From assembly GCA_001244265.2 (NCBI GenBank), contig CDLV01000009.1:806001-870000 (forward strand): DNA of 64,000 nucleotides, given 5' to 3'. The notes below the pieces were generated by a model that was given only the letters and a program-made list of their open reading frames with translations, ran no database searches and had not been told where the DNA came from. Both the position numbers and the translations under genes were made by a program. This DNA is from Microbotryum violaceum (Eukaryota). Positions 1 to 12,567 of the stretch are shown piece by piece; the stretch's first letter is position 1, and every line of letters begins with the position of its first letter.

Positions 1-3000
1 TCGCCTCGTGAATTGACGCGCTGGACCCGCGGTATCTACGAGGCACTTCGCCCTCTCGACAGCCTGCCCGTCGAAGGTCTAGTGCGCGTGTGGGCTCACG
101 AAGCTCTGCGCCTCTTCCAAGATCGTCTCGTCACGGAGGAGGAGCGTCGATGGACCGACGAAACGATCGATGCCCTGGCGCTCAAGCACTTCCCGACCAT
201 CAGTCGCGAGGAAGCGCTTGCTCGCCCCATCTTGTACTCCAACTGGCTGTCGAAGAACTACGTCCCCGTTGACCGCGAGCAGCTGCGGGAATACACCAAG
301 GCTCGACTGCGCGTTTTCTACGAAGAGGAGCTTGATGTGCCCCTCGTGCTCTTCAATGACGTGCTCGATCATGTTCTTCGCATCGATCGAGTCTTCTGTC
401 AAGTGCAGGGGCATTTGCTGTTGATCGGGGTCAGCGGTAGTGGAAAGGTAAATTGCGACTGTCCAGATCAACGCGCTTTGCGAGCTCAAAGCTGACCCTC
501 AGTACCTACTTCTCAGACGACCTTGTCGCGCTTCGTGGCCTGGATGAACGGGCTGAGCGTGTTTCAGATCAAGGTGCACAACAAGTACTCCGCCGAAGAC
601 TTCGACGATGATCTCCGAAGCGTCCTGCGCCGCTCCGGTTGCAAGGGCGAGAAGATCGCCTTCATCATGGACGAATCGAATGTGCTCGACTCGGGCTTCC
701 TCGAACGCATGAACACGCTGCTCGCCAACGCCGAGGTCCCTGGTCTGTTCGAAGGGGACGAGCACGCCGCGTTGATGACGGCGTGCAAGGAAGGCGCACA
801 ACGTGATGGTCTCATGCTTGACTCGCCCGAAGAGCTGTACCGCTGGTTCACGACCCAAGTCGCCCGCAATTTGCACGTCGTCTTCACGATGAACCCTCCC
901 GCTGACGGGCTAGCGTCTCGTGCGGCGACCTCGCCCGCGTTGTTCAACCGGTGTGTGCTCGACTGGTTCGGAGACTGGAGCGATCAAGCCTTCTTCCAGG
1001 TTGGCATGGAGTTCACCAACACGCTCGACCTCGACACGCCATCGTACGCGCCGCCTGCAGCTTTCCCCGTCGCGTATCGCCAACTTTCCCTCCCGCCCGT
1101 GCACCGCTCAGCGATTATCAATGCGCTCGTCTACGTTCACGCGTCGATGTACGAGACGAACAGGCGACTGTCACGCCGCCAAGGCCGGACGAACCACGTC
1201 ACGCCGCGCCACTACCTCGACTTCATCAATCAGTACGTGCGCATCTTCAACGAGAAGCGCGACGAGCTCGAGGAGCAACAACGCCATCTCAACGTTGGAC
1301 TCGACAAGCTGCACACGACAGTCGTGCAAGTCGAGGAGTTGCGCAAGAGCCTGGCGATCAAGCGAGGCCAACTCGAGGCCAAGAATGCTGAGGCCAACGA
1401 CAAGCTCAAGCGCATGGTTGCCGATCAGCAGGACGCCGAGCAAAAGAAGGTTGCTTCGATCGAGATGCAGGCCGCGCTCGAGACGCAGAAGAAGGAGATT
1501 GCCGAGCGCAAATCGCTCGTCATGGGCGAACTTTCCGATGCCGAACCGGCCGTCGAGGAGGCGCAGTCCGCCGTCAGCAACATCAAGAAGCAACAGCTAA
1601 CCGAGGTGCGATCGATGGCAAATCCTCCCGAGGCGGTCAAGCTCGCGATGGAGTCGGTCTGCACAATCCTCGGATTCCAGATCGACAGTTGGAAGACGGT
1701 GCAGAGCATCATCCGTCGTGACGATTTCATTGCGAGCATCGTCAACTTTGACACGGCCAGCTCGATGACCCGTCAGCTGCGCGAGAAGATGCGCCGCGAG
1801 TACCTCAGCCGCCCGAACTTCAACTTCGAAACGGTAAATCGCGCTTCCAAAGCCTGCGGTCCGTTGTGCAAATGGGTCATCGCGCAAGTCAACTACTCGG
1901 ACATTCTCGACAAGGTCGGACCCCTCCGTGACGAGGTCATGGCGCTTGAGAACCGCGCCGAGACGACGAAGCACCAGGCATCTGCCATCATCACCATGAT
2001 CGCCGAGCTGGAGGCTCGTATCGCATCGTACAAGGACGAGTACGCCCTTCTGATCAGCGAAACACAAATGATCAAGACCGAGATGGAGCGCGTGCAGCAA
2101 CGTGTCGATCGGTCCATCACGCTGCTCGACAGTCTTGGTTCCGAGAAGACCCGATGGGAGGCTGGAAGCAAGACCTTCGAGGTGCAGATGAGCACCGTCG
2201 CTGGTGATGTGCTCCTGTCGGCCGCTTTCTTGGCGTACGCCGGTTATTTTGATCAGCACTACCGCGAGTCGATGTGGTCTGGATGGGCGGCCCATCTTGC
2301 CGAGGCCGGGATCAAGTTCAAGCCCGAGCTGTCGCTCTCCGAATACCTGTCGACAGCTGACGATCGCCTGTCCTGGCGTGCTAAGTCGCTGCCCGATGAC
2401 GACCTCTGTACCGAGAACGCAATCATGCTTAAGCGCTTCGATCGATACCCGCTCATTATCGATCCTTCGGGCCAGGCCACGACCTTCTTGCTCAGCGAGT
2501 ACAAGGATCGCAAGATCTCGGTCACGTCCTTCCTCGACGAAGCTTTTCTCAAGAACCTCGAGTCCGCGCTACGATTTGGAACACCCCTACTGATCCAGGA
2601 CGTCGAGCACCTCGACCCGATCCTCAATGCGGTGCTCAACAAGGAGCTACGTCGTGCCGGTGGCCGTGTGCTCATTCGGCTCGGCAACCAAGACATTGAT
2701 TTCTCGCCTGCCTTCACGTGAGTGACAATCTGCATGAGCGTCTGCTTCTTTGTTCATCTGATCAAACAGCGGTTCCTTGAATGCAGGCTCTTCTTGTCGA
2801 CGCGCGACCCTTCGACCGAGTTCCCCGCCGATCTTAACTCCCGAGTGACGATGGTCAATTTCTCCGTGAGTGATCGTAGACAGGACGAAAGACTGCAGGC
2901 TTCGATGGCTAATATATCTCGCCCACCTGTCTCGCCAGATCACTCGTGCGAGTCTTCAAGCCCAGTCGCTCAACCAGGTGCTGCGGGTTGAGCGGCCCGA

Positions 3001-6000
3001 GACGGATCGCAAGCGCTCCGACTTGCTGCGCCTGCAGGGCGAGTTCCGCGCCAGGCTGCATCACCTCGAAAAATCGCTCCTGTCCGCTCTCAACGAATCG
3101 CAAGGCAACATCCTCGATGACGACAAGTAAGTCATCTCATTGTCGGATACACTTTGAGCAAAGGAAGCCCGCTGACTCTAGGAATGATCATACAGGGTCA
3201 TCGAGACACTCGAAACACTCAAGCGCGAGGCGGCCGATGTCACGCGCAAGGTCGAAGAGACGGATGCGATCATGGCCGAGGTCGAGCAAGTCACGAGCGA
3301 GTACCTGCCCTTGGCGCAAGCCAGCAGCTCGATCTTCTTCATTCTCGATGAGCTCTACCTGCTCCACCACTTCTATCAGTTCTCTCTGCGCTTCTACCTC
3401 GACATCTTCGACTATGTGCTCTTGCGCAATCCGTCGCTCAAAGGCGTGACTGATCCTCAGCAGCGACTCTCGATTCTCATCGGAGACTTATTCCTGCACG
3501 TCTTTAAACGCACTTCGCGTGCTCTGCTCCACTCCGACCACGTCGCCCTCGCCGTCCTGCTCGCGCAAGTCAAGCTGCGCAACTCGAACATCGCTTTTGA
3601 CGAATACGAGTTCAGTTTCCTCCTTGAAGGTGGCGATGGCGCGCCGCCTGAGTCGGCACCGGAGGCGCGTTCGTCCCTCCTCGACGCAATTCAACAGCGT
3701 CGACTCCGATCGTTCGCCCGTCTGGCCTCCTTCAAGGACCTGCGCGAGCATATCGAAGCCAACGAAGATGAATGGAAAGCCTTCTTTGTTTCAAGTACTC
3801 CGGAAACCGCTGTGCCGGAGATCTGGTCGGATGTGTCTCGTGAGTCCCGAAAGGACATTAATGGTGCAAATGGGAGTGGCTTAGCTGACTCCCCATATCC
3901 CCCTCGATCAGCACTGGTTCTTGCCTTACGCCGAATTCTTATCGTCAAGTGCCTGCGGCCCGAACGGCTGCTGCCTGCGTTCGGGGCCTTCGTCAACCTC
4001 GTTTTCGAGCGCGACATGTTCGTTGAAGCGACCTACTCCCTCGAGAGCATGGTCTCGAACGAGGTCGATGCGGCGTCGCCCGTGTGCTTGTGCTCCGTTC
4101 CAGGCTACGATGCCAGTTACCGCGTCGACAACCTCGTCGCTACGACCAAAGTCAAGTGCGTTTCAGTTGCCATGGGATCGCAAGAAGGTTTCGCACTGGC
4201 CGACCAAGCCATCGCTGCCGCGGCTCGCACGGGCCACTGGGTCTTGCTCAAGAACGTGCATCTCGCCCCTTCGTGGCTCAGTCAACTCGAGAAGCGACTC
4301 CAGAGCTTGAATCCGAACAAGGCCTTCCGACTTTTCCTCACTATGGAGACGAATCCGGCGATCCCGGTCAACATCCTGCGACAAGGACGAGTTCTGATGA
4401 ACGAGCCCCCGCCCGGTATTCGAGCCAACATTCTCGAGTCGCTCAAGAGCATCTCGCCGGCCCGCCTATCGACTGGCCCTGCTGAGAAGACGCGTCTGTA
4501 CTTCTTGCTCGCTTGGTTCCACGCCGTCGTTCAAGAGCGTCTGCGCTATGCCCCCCTGGGTTGGAGTAAGGTCTACGAGTTCAACGACTCCGATCAAGAG
4601 GCGGCACTGGGAATGATCGACTCATGGCTTTCGGCCACCGCCAAGGGTCGCGCCAACGTCGACCCCGCTCTCATCCCGTGGGACGCAATCCGCAGCCTAA
4701 TGCGCGAGTCCGTCTACGGTGGTAAGATCGACACCGAGTTCGACCAGATCCTGCTTGACAGCTTCGTTTCGTTCCTCTTCTCGCCGAGGGCTTACGACGT
4801 CAACTTCGAACTCGTGCCGAGCGGGCCTGGCGAAGCCGGCCTCGTCATGCCTGATGCGACTCGATTGGAGCAGTTTGTATCGTGGGCGAGCGGCTTGCCC
4901 GAGCAGGAGCCCCCCTCGTACCTCTCGCTGCCGCCTTCGGCCGAAAAGGTCATCGCGGTCGCTCAAGGGAAAGCCCTTCTTGCTCGACTGCTAAAGATGC
5001 GTTCGCTCGACGACGACGACGAAACGGTCGCTGTAGACGTCAAGAAGACCGCCGGCTCCGTGTCGCAGCCGGCATGGATGCGAGCCCTTCGAGACTCGTG
5101 CGCCCAATGGCTCGAGCTTTTGCCCAAGGTGAGCTATCTCGTCGCATTCAACTACTTCATTCGGCTTACTGACATTTGCAGCGTTTACAGACTTCGGTGG
5201 CCCTCGCAGACCGCAATGTCGACTCGGTTCACGATCCATTGGCTCGCTTCTTCGACCGCGAATGCGCCTTGGGCAAGAGTCTGCTCGCGAAGATCCGCCA
5301 AGACTTGACCATAATCATCCGCGTGTGCGATGGCGAGCAGAAGCAAACGAACGACATCCGATCGTTGCTGCAAGACTTGACGAAGGGAAGCGTGCCATCG
5401 CCCTGGCGCCGATACCGCTGTCACGATCTGGCTGCCGGAGCTTGGATCGCAGACTTCGCTCAACGCCTCGCTCAACTCGCACGGATCGTGGAATCCGGCG
5501 GTAAACTCGGCTCGGCTCCGACTTCCCTTGGATTGTTGTTCCATCCGCATGGCTTCGTTACGGCTTCTCGCCAAGCAATCGCGCATGCAACGCACACCTC
5601 ACTCGAGCAATTGAGTCTCCAACTCGACCTCGAGGAGACCGGCGCGCCCAGAGCGTACACCGTCGAAGGTGAGTTGATGGTGCTTGTGGGAGTCGGAAGT
5701 GTTTCAAATCGCCTTTGCTGATTTCTATCCTCCCCATTTTCAGGCCTCGCGCTCATTGGTGCCGAGTGGACGTCCTCACGCCTCGTGCTCAACGATGGAG
5801 CGACGACACGCCTCGCGCCATCACAAATTCGGTGGACGAAGGCCGAGGATACCTCTGCTGTCTCGAAGAAGGGCTCGAATGTCGTGGGTATTCCCTGCTG
5901 GCTTGATGGCTCTCGCTCCGACGCGCTCTTCACCGTTCAACTTGACGCCGGTTCGACCGATCCTAGCGCCCTCAGTCAACGCGGAGTTTGCATCGTTGCG

Positions 6001-6012
6001 GCTCTGTACTAG
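1..6012 (+). CDS. DYN1: Cytoplasmic dynein heavy chain, 3' part (end of AAA3 to C-terminus), multi-exon; 5' end lies outside the window
   Basis: ORFs 13-495, 523-2721, 3272-5308, 5176-5721 and 5785-6012 join through GT-AG introns. Motifs: AAA4 P-loop [19 protein letters not shown], stalk/[17 protein letters not shown]5 [15 protein letters not shown]6 [12 protein letters not shown] and [12 protein letters not shown]. Confidence 0.97.
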
Positions 6013-6156
6013 AGTTACGCTAGTATTTCTTATGTTTATTCCATTATTTCAGTAGTTTTGAGTTTCTCCCTTTTTCTCAGTTCCTTTTTCATCCAGCACA
6101 TGCAATTTCGATCTTTCGGTCCGGTCACTCTACCGTAACGGCTACGAATATGTCAA

Positions 6157-6991
6157 TCATTTCTTGCTGGCCGAGATGGTCTTGGCCTGTGCATGCAGCG
6201 ATTTTCAAAGCATTAGCACAAGTGTGTACTTGGATAGGAGTAGTAATGGCTCACATTCATTGTGGGAAGTCCCGGGACAGACTTGGGAAGTCCAGGGACA
6301 TGCTTGGGGAGTCCAGGGACGGTACCGGTCTTCGTCGGAGCGACTTCGACTTTCTTGACTTTTGCTTGACCCTTGGTGCCTTGAATCGACGAGCTCGAGC
6401 GACGAACTTGTTCCAGACCTGTATCCGTCGAATGAGCCTTCAGTTTCGTTGAACAAACCTTAAGATGTTGAAAGCTTACCATACTCGATATCCTGCACAC
6501 ACATCAAGCGGGCCAAACCTCGTAAGCTGGTGGCCCCTGTCCCTCGGTGCCGTGACTGACAGCGACCTCACCTCCATGTAATCTTCCTTGGCCCATTTGG
6601 GAGCCTTGCTGGAGAAAACCTCGTCTATGATCGGGTTTTATTGCATACTTTGGTTGAACAGGGTAGGGCTTCGCCTCAGCAAGCTGGGCTTAATGCGCGA
6701 CTCACCTTCCATTTCATTGCCGACAGCGTAGATTGTTTTCTGCGTGCGGCCCCTGTGATGTGATGAACGAGGACTGAGCAAGCAAGTCATTCGCCCGAGA
6801 GGAAACCAGTTGAGTTTCCTCACATCTCAGCTAGATGACTTGAGTACCAATAAATCGACGACTACAACGACAGAGAGCGCACAGAAAGCGGCTACAAGAA
6901 AGAGGGCCCTGTGCGGCAGCTGATCGTTGTCCTGAGGGTGCAACGGTGCAACGGGCAAATACAATAGCCAAAAGTAGCGCAAAGAGCCCAT
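6157..6991 (-). CDS. Small putatively secreted protein, 129 aa, 8 exons (candidate effector)
   Basis: Hand-built model with exons 6991-6963, 6908-6883, 6830-6824, 6773-6706, 6624-6572, 6492-6480, 6418-6255 and 6186-6157. All introns are GT-AG and phase-consistent, total 390 nt. N-terminus MGSLRYFWLLALFLVAAFS is signal-peptide-like; C-terminus carries (VPGLPxx)x3. Confidence 0.7.
6263..6325. repeat. 3 x 21-bp tandem repeat encoding VPGLPK/T heptads on the minus strand
   Basis: Units tgggaagtcccgggacagact, tgggaagtccagggacatgct and tggggagtccagggacggtac. Confidence 0.9.
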
Positions 6992-7194
6992 TCCAGCCTA
7001 TTGCTCTCGTTCTGCGCTCCGGCTAACGATGGACCGGGCGTGGGGGCTAAGCAGGTGGCCCCTATCTCTCGACATTTTTTCATAACGCAAGGGGTGTCGA
7101 AGTAATAAATGCAGGGGTATGCTGAATATCATCATGTCAACACAGCAGAAAACCTGGGAGTACTACCCTAAAAATGCAAAATCTGAGCCATCCT

Positions 7195-9944
7195 TCAAAG
7201 CATCATGCGTGATTCTTTCTCCTCCTCGTCTTTTTCGGACTCAGACTCAGATTCGGTGTCATCGTCACTCGAATCGACAAAGGGTTGACTCAGAGATTGT
7301 TTCTCAGAAGGGGTCCGCCTAGGCTTCTTGGTGTTCGTCTTGATCCTTGACTTTGCGGCGATCCCTTCCTTGGTCTTGAGCCATTCTTTGTAACGGAGGT
7401 GGACTCCCGGCTCGGGGTAGCGGTTGAGCAACCACTTGAGCTTGTCTGCACGGTGAGGAGGAAAGTTCAAGGGGAATGAGTCACAAGTGACTGTAAAGAT
7501 ACGAACTAGAGTATCGACTAACCCGCATACGAGTAATCCTTCTTATCATCCTCTTTTTTCAGTGCCTTCAATGCCCGCTTGAGCAATCGGGTCCATCTAT
7601 CATGCAACGTCTTTGCACTGTGATGCTTGAGCGTCGGGTCGTCAAAATCCCACGACTGGATCTCACTCTCGTCCTTCACTTTGAGATCTTTGAGGCTGTT
7701 CGTAAAAATCTCAATCGTTAGCACCTTTGTGGGTTCACAGTGTTAATGGATGCGGTTGGACTTACGCGTGGACGAGGTTCGATCGATGTTCAGGGAGGGT
7801 GAGGCGCCTTCCCAGCTTGGGAGAGGCATTGCGCAGAGCAACGCCGTCATGCCTAGTCAGATGTACAAGCGAGATATTAGTATGGCTGTAAAATTCTCGC
7901 CAGACGTTTCGGTGAACTGACCACTTGGTCCTGCACTGCGCCGGCGTGCGTTGCCCGACGATCTTGGCCACCACGGACCAATTGTTCGAGCCATGCTTTG
8001 CAACGGCTTGTCGTAGACGGTCAGTCTCGTCGTCCGTCCAAGCTCCCGTCTTACGTTCGCTCTTCATCAAAAGTTGCTTCTGGTACCGATCTTGACAGTC
8101 GAAAGCCGCACGTCCGACCTCATCGCCAACCTGTTGCCAATTCGAACCATGTTCCTGATACGCGCGCCGCAGCGCCACGTCTTGCTCCTCCGTCCAAGGA
8201 CCCGCTCGTGCAAGAGGGTTGTACTTCCTCTTGACGTGGTTATAGATCGAAACAAGGGAACGTCGATCGACCGATGCAGCGATCTCGGGCCAGAATTCTT
8301 CGTGGCCTTCGAGGAGTTCCCTGATGTTGACGTCGGTTTGTTTCTTGTTCCTAGGGGTGGTGATGATGATGGTCATCTCGGCCTCGGTCAAGCCATGCGC
8401 AGACCGGTACGTTTCAACGGCTTGACGGATCTGCTCCTCCTCGGTACGGGTGAAGCGACCCGAGTTGTACCAGAACCCTGTAGCATGTCAAGGGGCATGA
8501 GCGAAACCCCACCAGCAATGCCGAACATGCGTTCAACTCACCAGGATTCGCCTTTTTGACAAGCTCAAGCTGCGGGGCCGTCAACCATTTTGATCGAAGC
8601 AGCTCCATCGGCTCCATGCCCTCAAAAGCAGCAATACCAGCCTCCTTGTCATCGTCATCGCGTCCTGGTAAGAACCTCGGGGCGGCCTTCTGCTTGCCCT
8701 TGTCTTTTTGCACCTTGCGTCCCTCCTCACCGCCGTTCGGAGTCGATTTCGGTGCCTTGTCGGATGTTGCGGCCTTGACTTTGGAGTTGGACTTGGGACG
8801 CGCGACCATGAGGCTTTGGATGAGGGTTTCGACGTCAATATCGGCATCGCTATCTGAGCCGTCAACGTCGACCTCATGTGCCTTGTGTACTTTGGCGGGA
8901 GCTGCAACTGGTTTCGATGTTGTAGCTTCCTGAATCGTTCCCTTTTTCCTGGAGTGAAAAGAATTCGGTCGAGTCTCGGATGCTGTGGTGACCGATGCTC
9001 TCGACGTGCCTGCGGTTTCGCTCGGGTTCTCTTCAACGGCTTTGGCGATCCCCTTGCCCTTCTTCTTCGTCTGCTCGCCGTCCTTCTTGCTTTGCTTATC
9101 GACGGAAGATTCCCCTTCAATGGCCTCTTCGTCTAGTTGTTGTTGCTGATCCGCCTCTTGCAAAGCTTGACGAGTCTGCGGCTCAGCCGCCGCGACGCGC
9201 TTTCGTTCCTTCTCGGCCTTTTTCAACGCCTTCTTCCTCGCCTTGGGATCGTCATCGTCTTTTTCAGCTGGTGCGTCTTCAATGGCCTCCGAAAAAGTAG
9301 TTTCGGCAGTTTTGCCACTCTTTTTGTGCTTCTTGCGACGCTTGGACTCGCTCTCCTCCGCTTGATGCTCCTCATTGACATCACGGTCGAGGTCCATCCC
9401 GTTCGACTCCGAGTTCGCACCAGTCGTTGGCTGGTTAGCCAAGGAACTGATTGAGTCAATCATCTGCCTGCATAATCTTGGAAGGAAGAGCTGCCGGTCG
9501 GACTCACGTCTGACGCAGCAGCATGAGGCTCCTCCCGACCTTTGTCCTTGTGAGCTCGGTTGGCGTCGTTGCTTGTACGACCGACGGGTTCTTGTTCGTC
9601 CTCTGGTTGATCGATACCCTTCTACGATGAGTATGAGGATCATTAGTCATAGCACTCGCATCATCAACACCACCAACGCCCATTTCGAGCCCCGAACTGA
9701 CCTCCCCCCTCTTCCTCTTTTTGCCCTTGTCCTCCTGCATCTTGTTCCCTTCCTTCCCGACCTCAACATCCATAATCCCCTGCCCATCCTTCATCATCGA
9801 CCCCGATCCCGACGCGCCAGCAACGTCGTGTAGCTGCCCGTCCTCCGGTTCTCGTCGTTGAAGCTTCTTCAACCGCTTCATCTCCTTCGTCGATGCCTTG
9901 CTCGACATCTCCATGAGGGAGTATTTGGTTTTGCCTTTGGCCAT
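7195..9944 (-). CDS. Myb/SANT-repeat DNA-binding protein, Reb1/TTF1/DMTF1-like, with a long Lys/Glu-rich N-terminus; multi-exon
   Basis: Tandem Myb repeats GPWTEEQDVALRRAY...WQQVG...R...CQDRY and GAWTDDETDRL...WSVVAKIVGQRTPAQCRTKW in ORF 7762-8391. The upstream basic/acidic region lies in ORFs 8414-9643 and 9504-10211. Start is approximate. Confidence 0.8.
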
Positions 9945-10280
9945 GATGAAGCAGGGAGGGGTGAATCTCTTGGGCTTGGGTGGAAGGGCGAGGTTGAAAG
10001 TGAAAGAGAGGAAGGGAGGGGGACAAGCGCGTGGGTTGATTGCTTCTGATTGGGCGATTTCGCAACGCGCCTCATCACGTGATCGTCGGATCGAGTGTAG
10101 AACCAGCAGTGACCTTGACTCTCCCAGGCCACAAAGAAGTACACCACTTTGATGGATAACAAAAAGAAAAAGAACGACTCTATAGTGCGAGAAACTTTTT
10201 CCGAAGAACAATCTCGTCCCACACCTGCTGCCCAGCGTTCTTCATGCGGTCACTTCTCTCTCCAAATCTTCGTTTTGCGT

Positions 10281-12247
10281 CTAAGCCAACCCAGCTTTGA
10301 CCATAGCCTATTTTCGCACCCAACATATCCCCAACAAAAAAAAAAAAAAAAGAGCGTCAGTACCGATCCAAACTCTGCCCACCACCAACCCGAGCTCCGA
10401 TACAATCGTGACGTACCTCCTTGAGCAAAGCGCCCAACTTGGCCGGCGAATCGGTGACGATCACGCCGGCCTGTTCCAGCGCCTTGACCTTGTCCTCGGC
10501 ACCACCTTTGCCACCGGAGATGATCGCACCGGCGTGGCCCTGAAGAAGTAACGATTGGGGAGGAGGTCAGTTCGGCGGCCTGGTGGGGTTAGAGGCTATT
10601 CGCGACCGAGGGACTCGCCATACGACGACCCGGGGGAGCGGTTCGGCCACTGTAGAGAGTCGAATACAAAACAACGCGTCAGCATCCTATATTCCATACT
10701 GTGTGGGTGAACAAAGGGGAGGACGTACGCGATGAATCCAACGACGGGCTTCTTCTCGACGTTGTACTTTTGCAGGTACTCGGCCGCCTCCTCCTCCATC
10801 GTGCCACCGATCTCACCGATCAAGACAATACCTGAAAGACACCCCCGATCAGCAATCAGCTACATGCACTCTCACCGCCATCTTCGCTCTCCTCCTCCAA
10901 GGACCGAACCCCAACGCACCTTTTGTCGCCTTGTCCTCCATTAACACCTTGAGCACGTCGATATGCTGCGAGCCAGGGAAAGGATCACCTCCGATACCGA
11001 CGCAGAGGGATTGGCCCAAACCGACTTTGGTCGTTTGGTCGACGGCTTCATAGGTGAGCGTTCCCGAACGCGAGACGACACCTGGGAGATGGACGCGGTC
11101 AGCGAGCTTGATCCGCAACCAGGATCGCGGCTTATTTTCCCCCGGGCTCACCGACTGATCCAGCCTTGAAAATGCTTCCTGATGATGAGAACGCCACAAT
11201 GCAGAAATGAACGATCAACATCTCCGGAGCTGAATCCCGCTCGCCGAAAAGCCAGCCAACCCACCAGGCATGATTCCAATCTTGCACCCGCCATTCACAC
11301 CGGGTGCAATGATACCCGGGCAATTAGGTCCCACCAAACGGGACTTGGTCTGACGACGCAACACCTGGGCCACGCGAACCTCATCGGATTGCGGGATCCC
11401 TTCGGTGATGCAGACGATGAGAGGGATTTCGGCTTCGATCGCTTCGATGATGGCGTCCGCGGCGAAGGGGGGAGGGACGTAGATTACCGTTGCGTGAGGT
11501 TTGGTTTGGTCGTTGGCCTGCGACGAGGGTGGGATCAAGTTACTGGATCAATTTTCGGGGATCACCTCAGCCGGGGTTTGATCGCTCCACAAACCTCTCG
11601 AACGGAACCAAAGACGGGCAAGCCGAGGTGTTCTGTTCCAGCCTTCTTGGGGCTGACACCGCCGACGAGTTGTGTACCAAACTGCAGCGCTTCACGGCAA
11701 TGGAACGTGGCCTGATTCGGAGATGTGTACGGGAGTGGCAGAGTTGCGGAGGATGTAGGGATGGGGGACGGCACGTTTCAGGTTAGCTTTCCTTCTTGAG
11801 TTGCGGGAGTATTCGAGAGTAGTTCGTAGAACGTACCGTCTTGCCGCTGTACGATAACGGGAAAGATCACAATCCTCAGCGTTCTGGACTGCCTCCCCAA
11901 AGAAGAAGCACCACGCGGCGGAGAGAGAGAGAGAGAGACACGAGGACCACGGAGTGGACCACCCTCATGTAGTGTCTCATCGCTCTCCCCGCGGACAACA
12001 CGCCGCAGAGGGACTCACGTGAATCCCTGGCAAATGACCTTGGAATCCTCGGTGATGCGCAGGTTGGGGATGGTCTGGTTGTACAGCTCGAGCGACGACG
12101 CGGCCGCGCGCGAGGTGCTGAACGCTCGGCGAGACGCTGCAGGGGAACCGGTACGACGTGGTCAGTGGTCTGTACGGTGAATGAGCTCTTCGAGTCCTTT
12201 CGTTGAACCGCACCTTGACGCAAAGGAGCAGCAGCGACGGAGAACAT
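10281..12247 (-). CDS. LSC1: Succinyl-CoA ligase alpha subunit, mitochondrial; many introns
   Basis: Spliced motifs [45 protein letters not shown] and phospho-His [12 protein letters not shown]. Ends AMVKAGLA*. Confidence 0.95.
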
Positions 12248-12567
12248 GGTGGTGGTGCTTGGCGGGAAGAGCGAAGGAGCGTGTGGTAGGCAACGGAGCG
12301 GGCCGTGAGGCCGTGAGGAGCCGTGCGGCGCAAGTCGGGAAGTCCCGCACCGCGGCAGAGCTCGACCCCCTTTTCTTGGCCGGGAAGTATTACGCGCCGT
12401 GCACCTCGGTCCGGTCGACGTCAGGAAGACATGTGTCGAAATGGACGAAACTTCAGTCTCGTTTCCAGAAACCATCTCGAGTGGGAGGCAAAACATGTCG
12501 ACTTGGTGTTAACGCAAAATATTTACAACAAACCAACTCCAAACGCCGAACAAGAGCCACAAGCTCC

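Noticed and set aside
449-516. Break in the dynein ORF at the AAA4 P-loop, suggesting a split dynein gene as known in some basidiomycetes
   Set aside because: It is an ordinary GT...AG intron that restores GSGK|TTLSRF in frame. No stop/restart is seen within the window.
6263-6325. Palindromic-core 21-bp repeats resembling CRISPR or operator arrays
   Set aside because: They are contiguous with no spacers, in a eukaryotic context, and explained as coding repeats (VPGLPxx).
10336-11938. Poly(A) tract near 10336-10351 and (GA)n near 11921-11938
   Set aside because: Simple intronic pyrimidine tracts/microsatellites on the LSC1 strand; no sign of retroposition.
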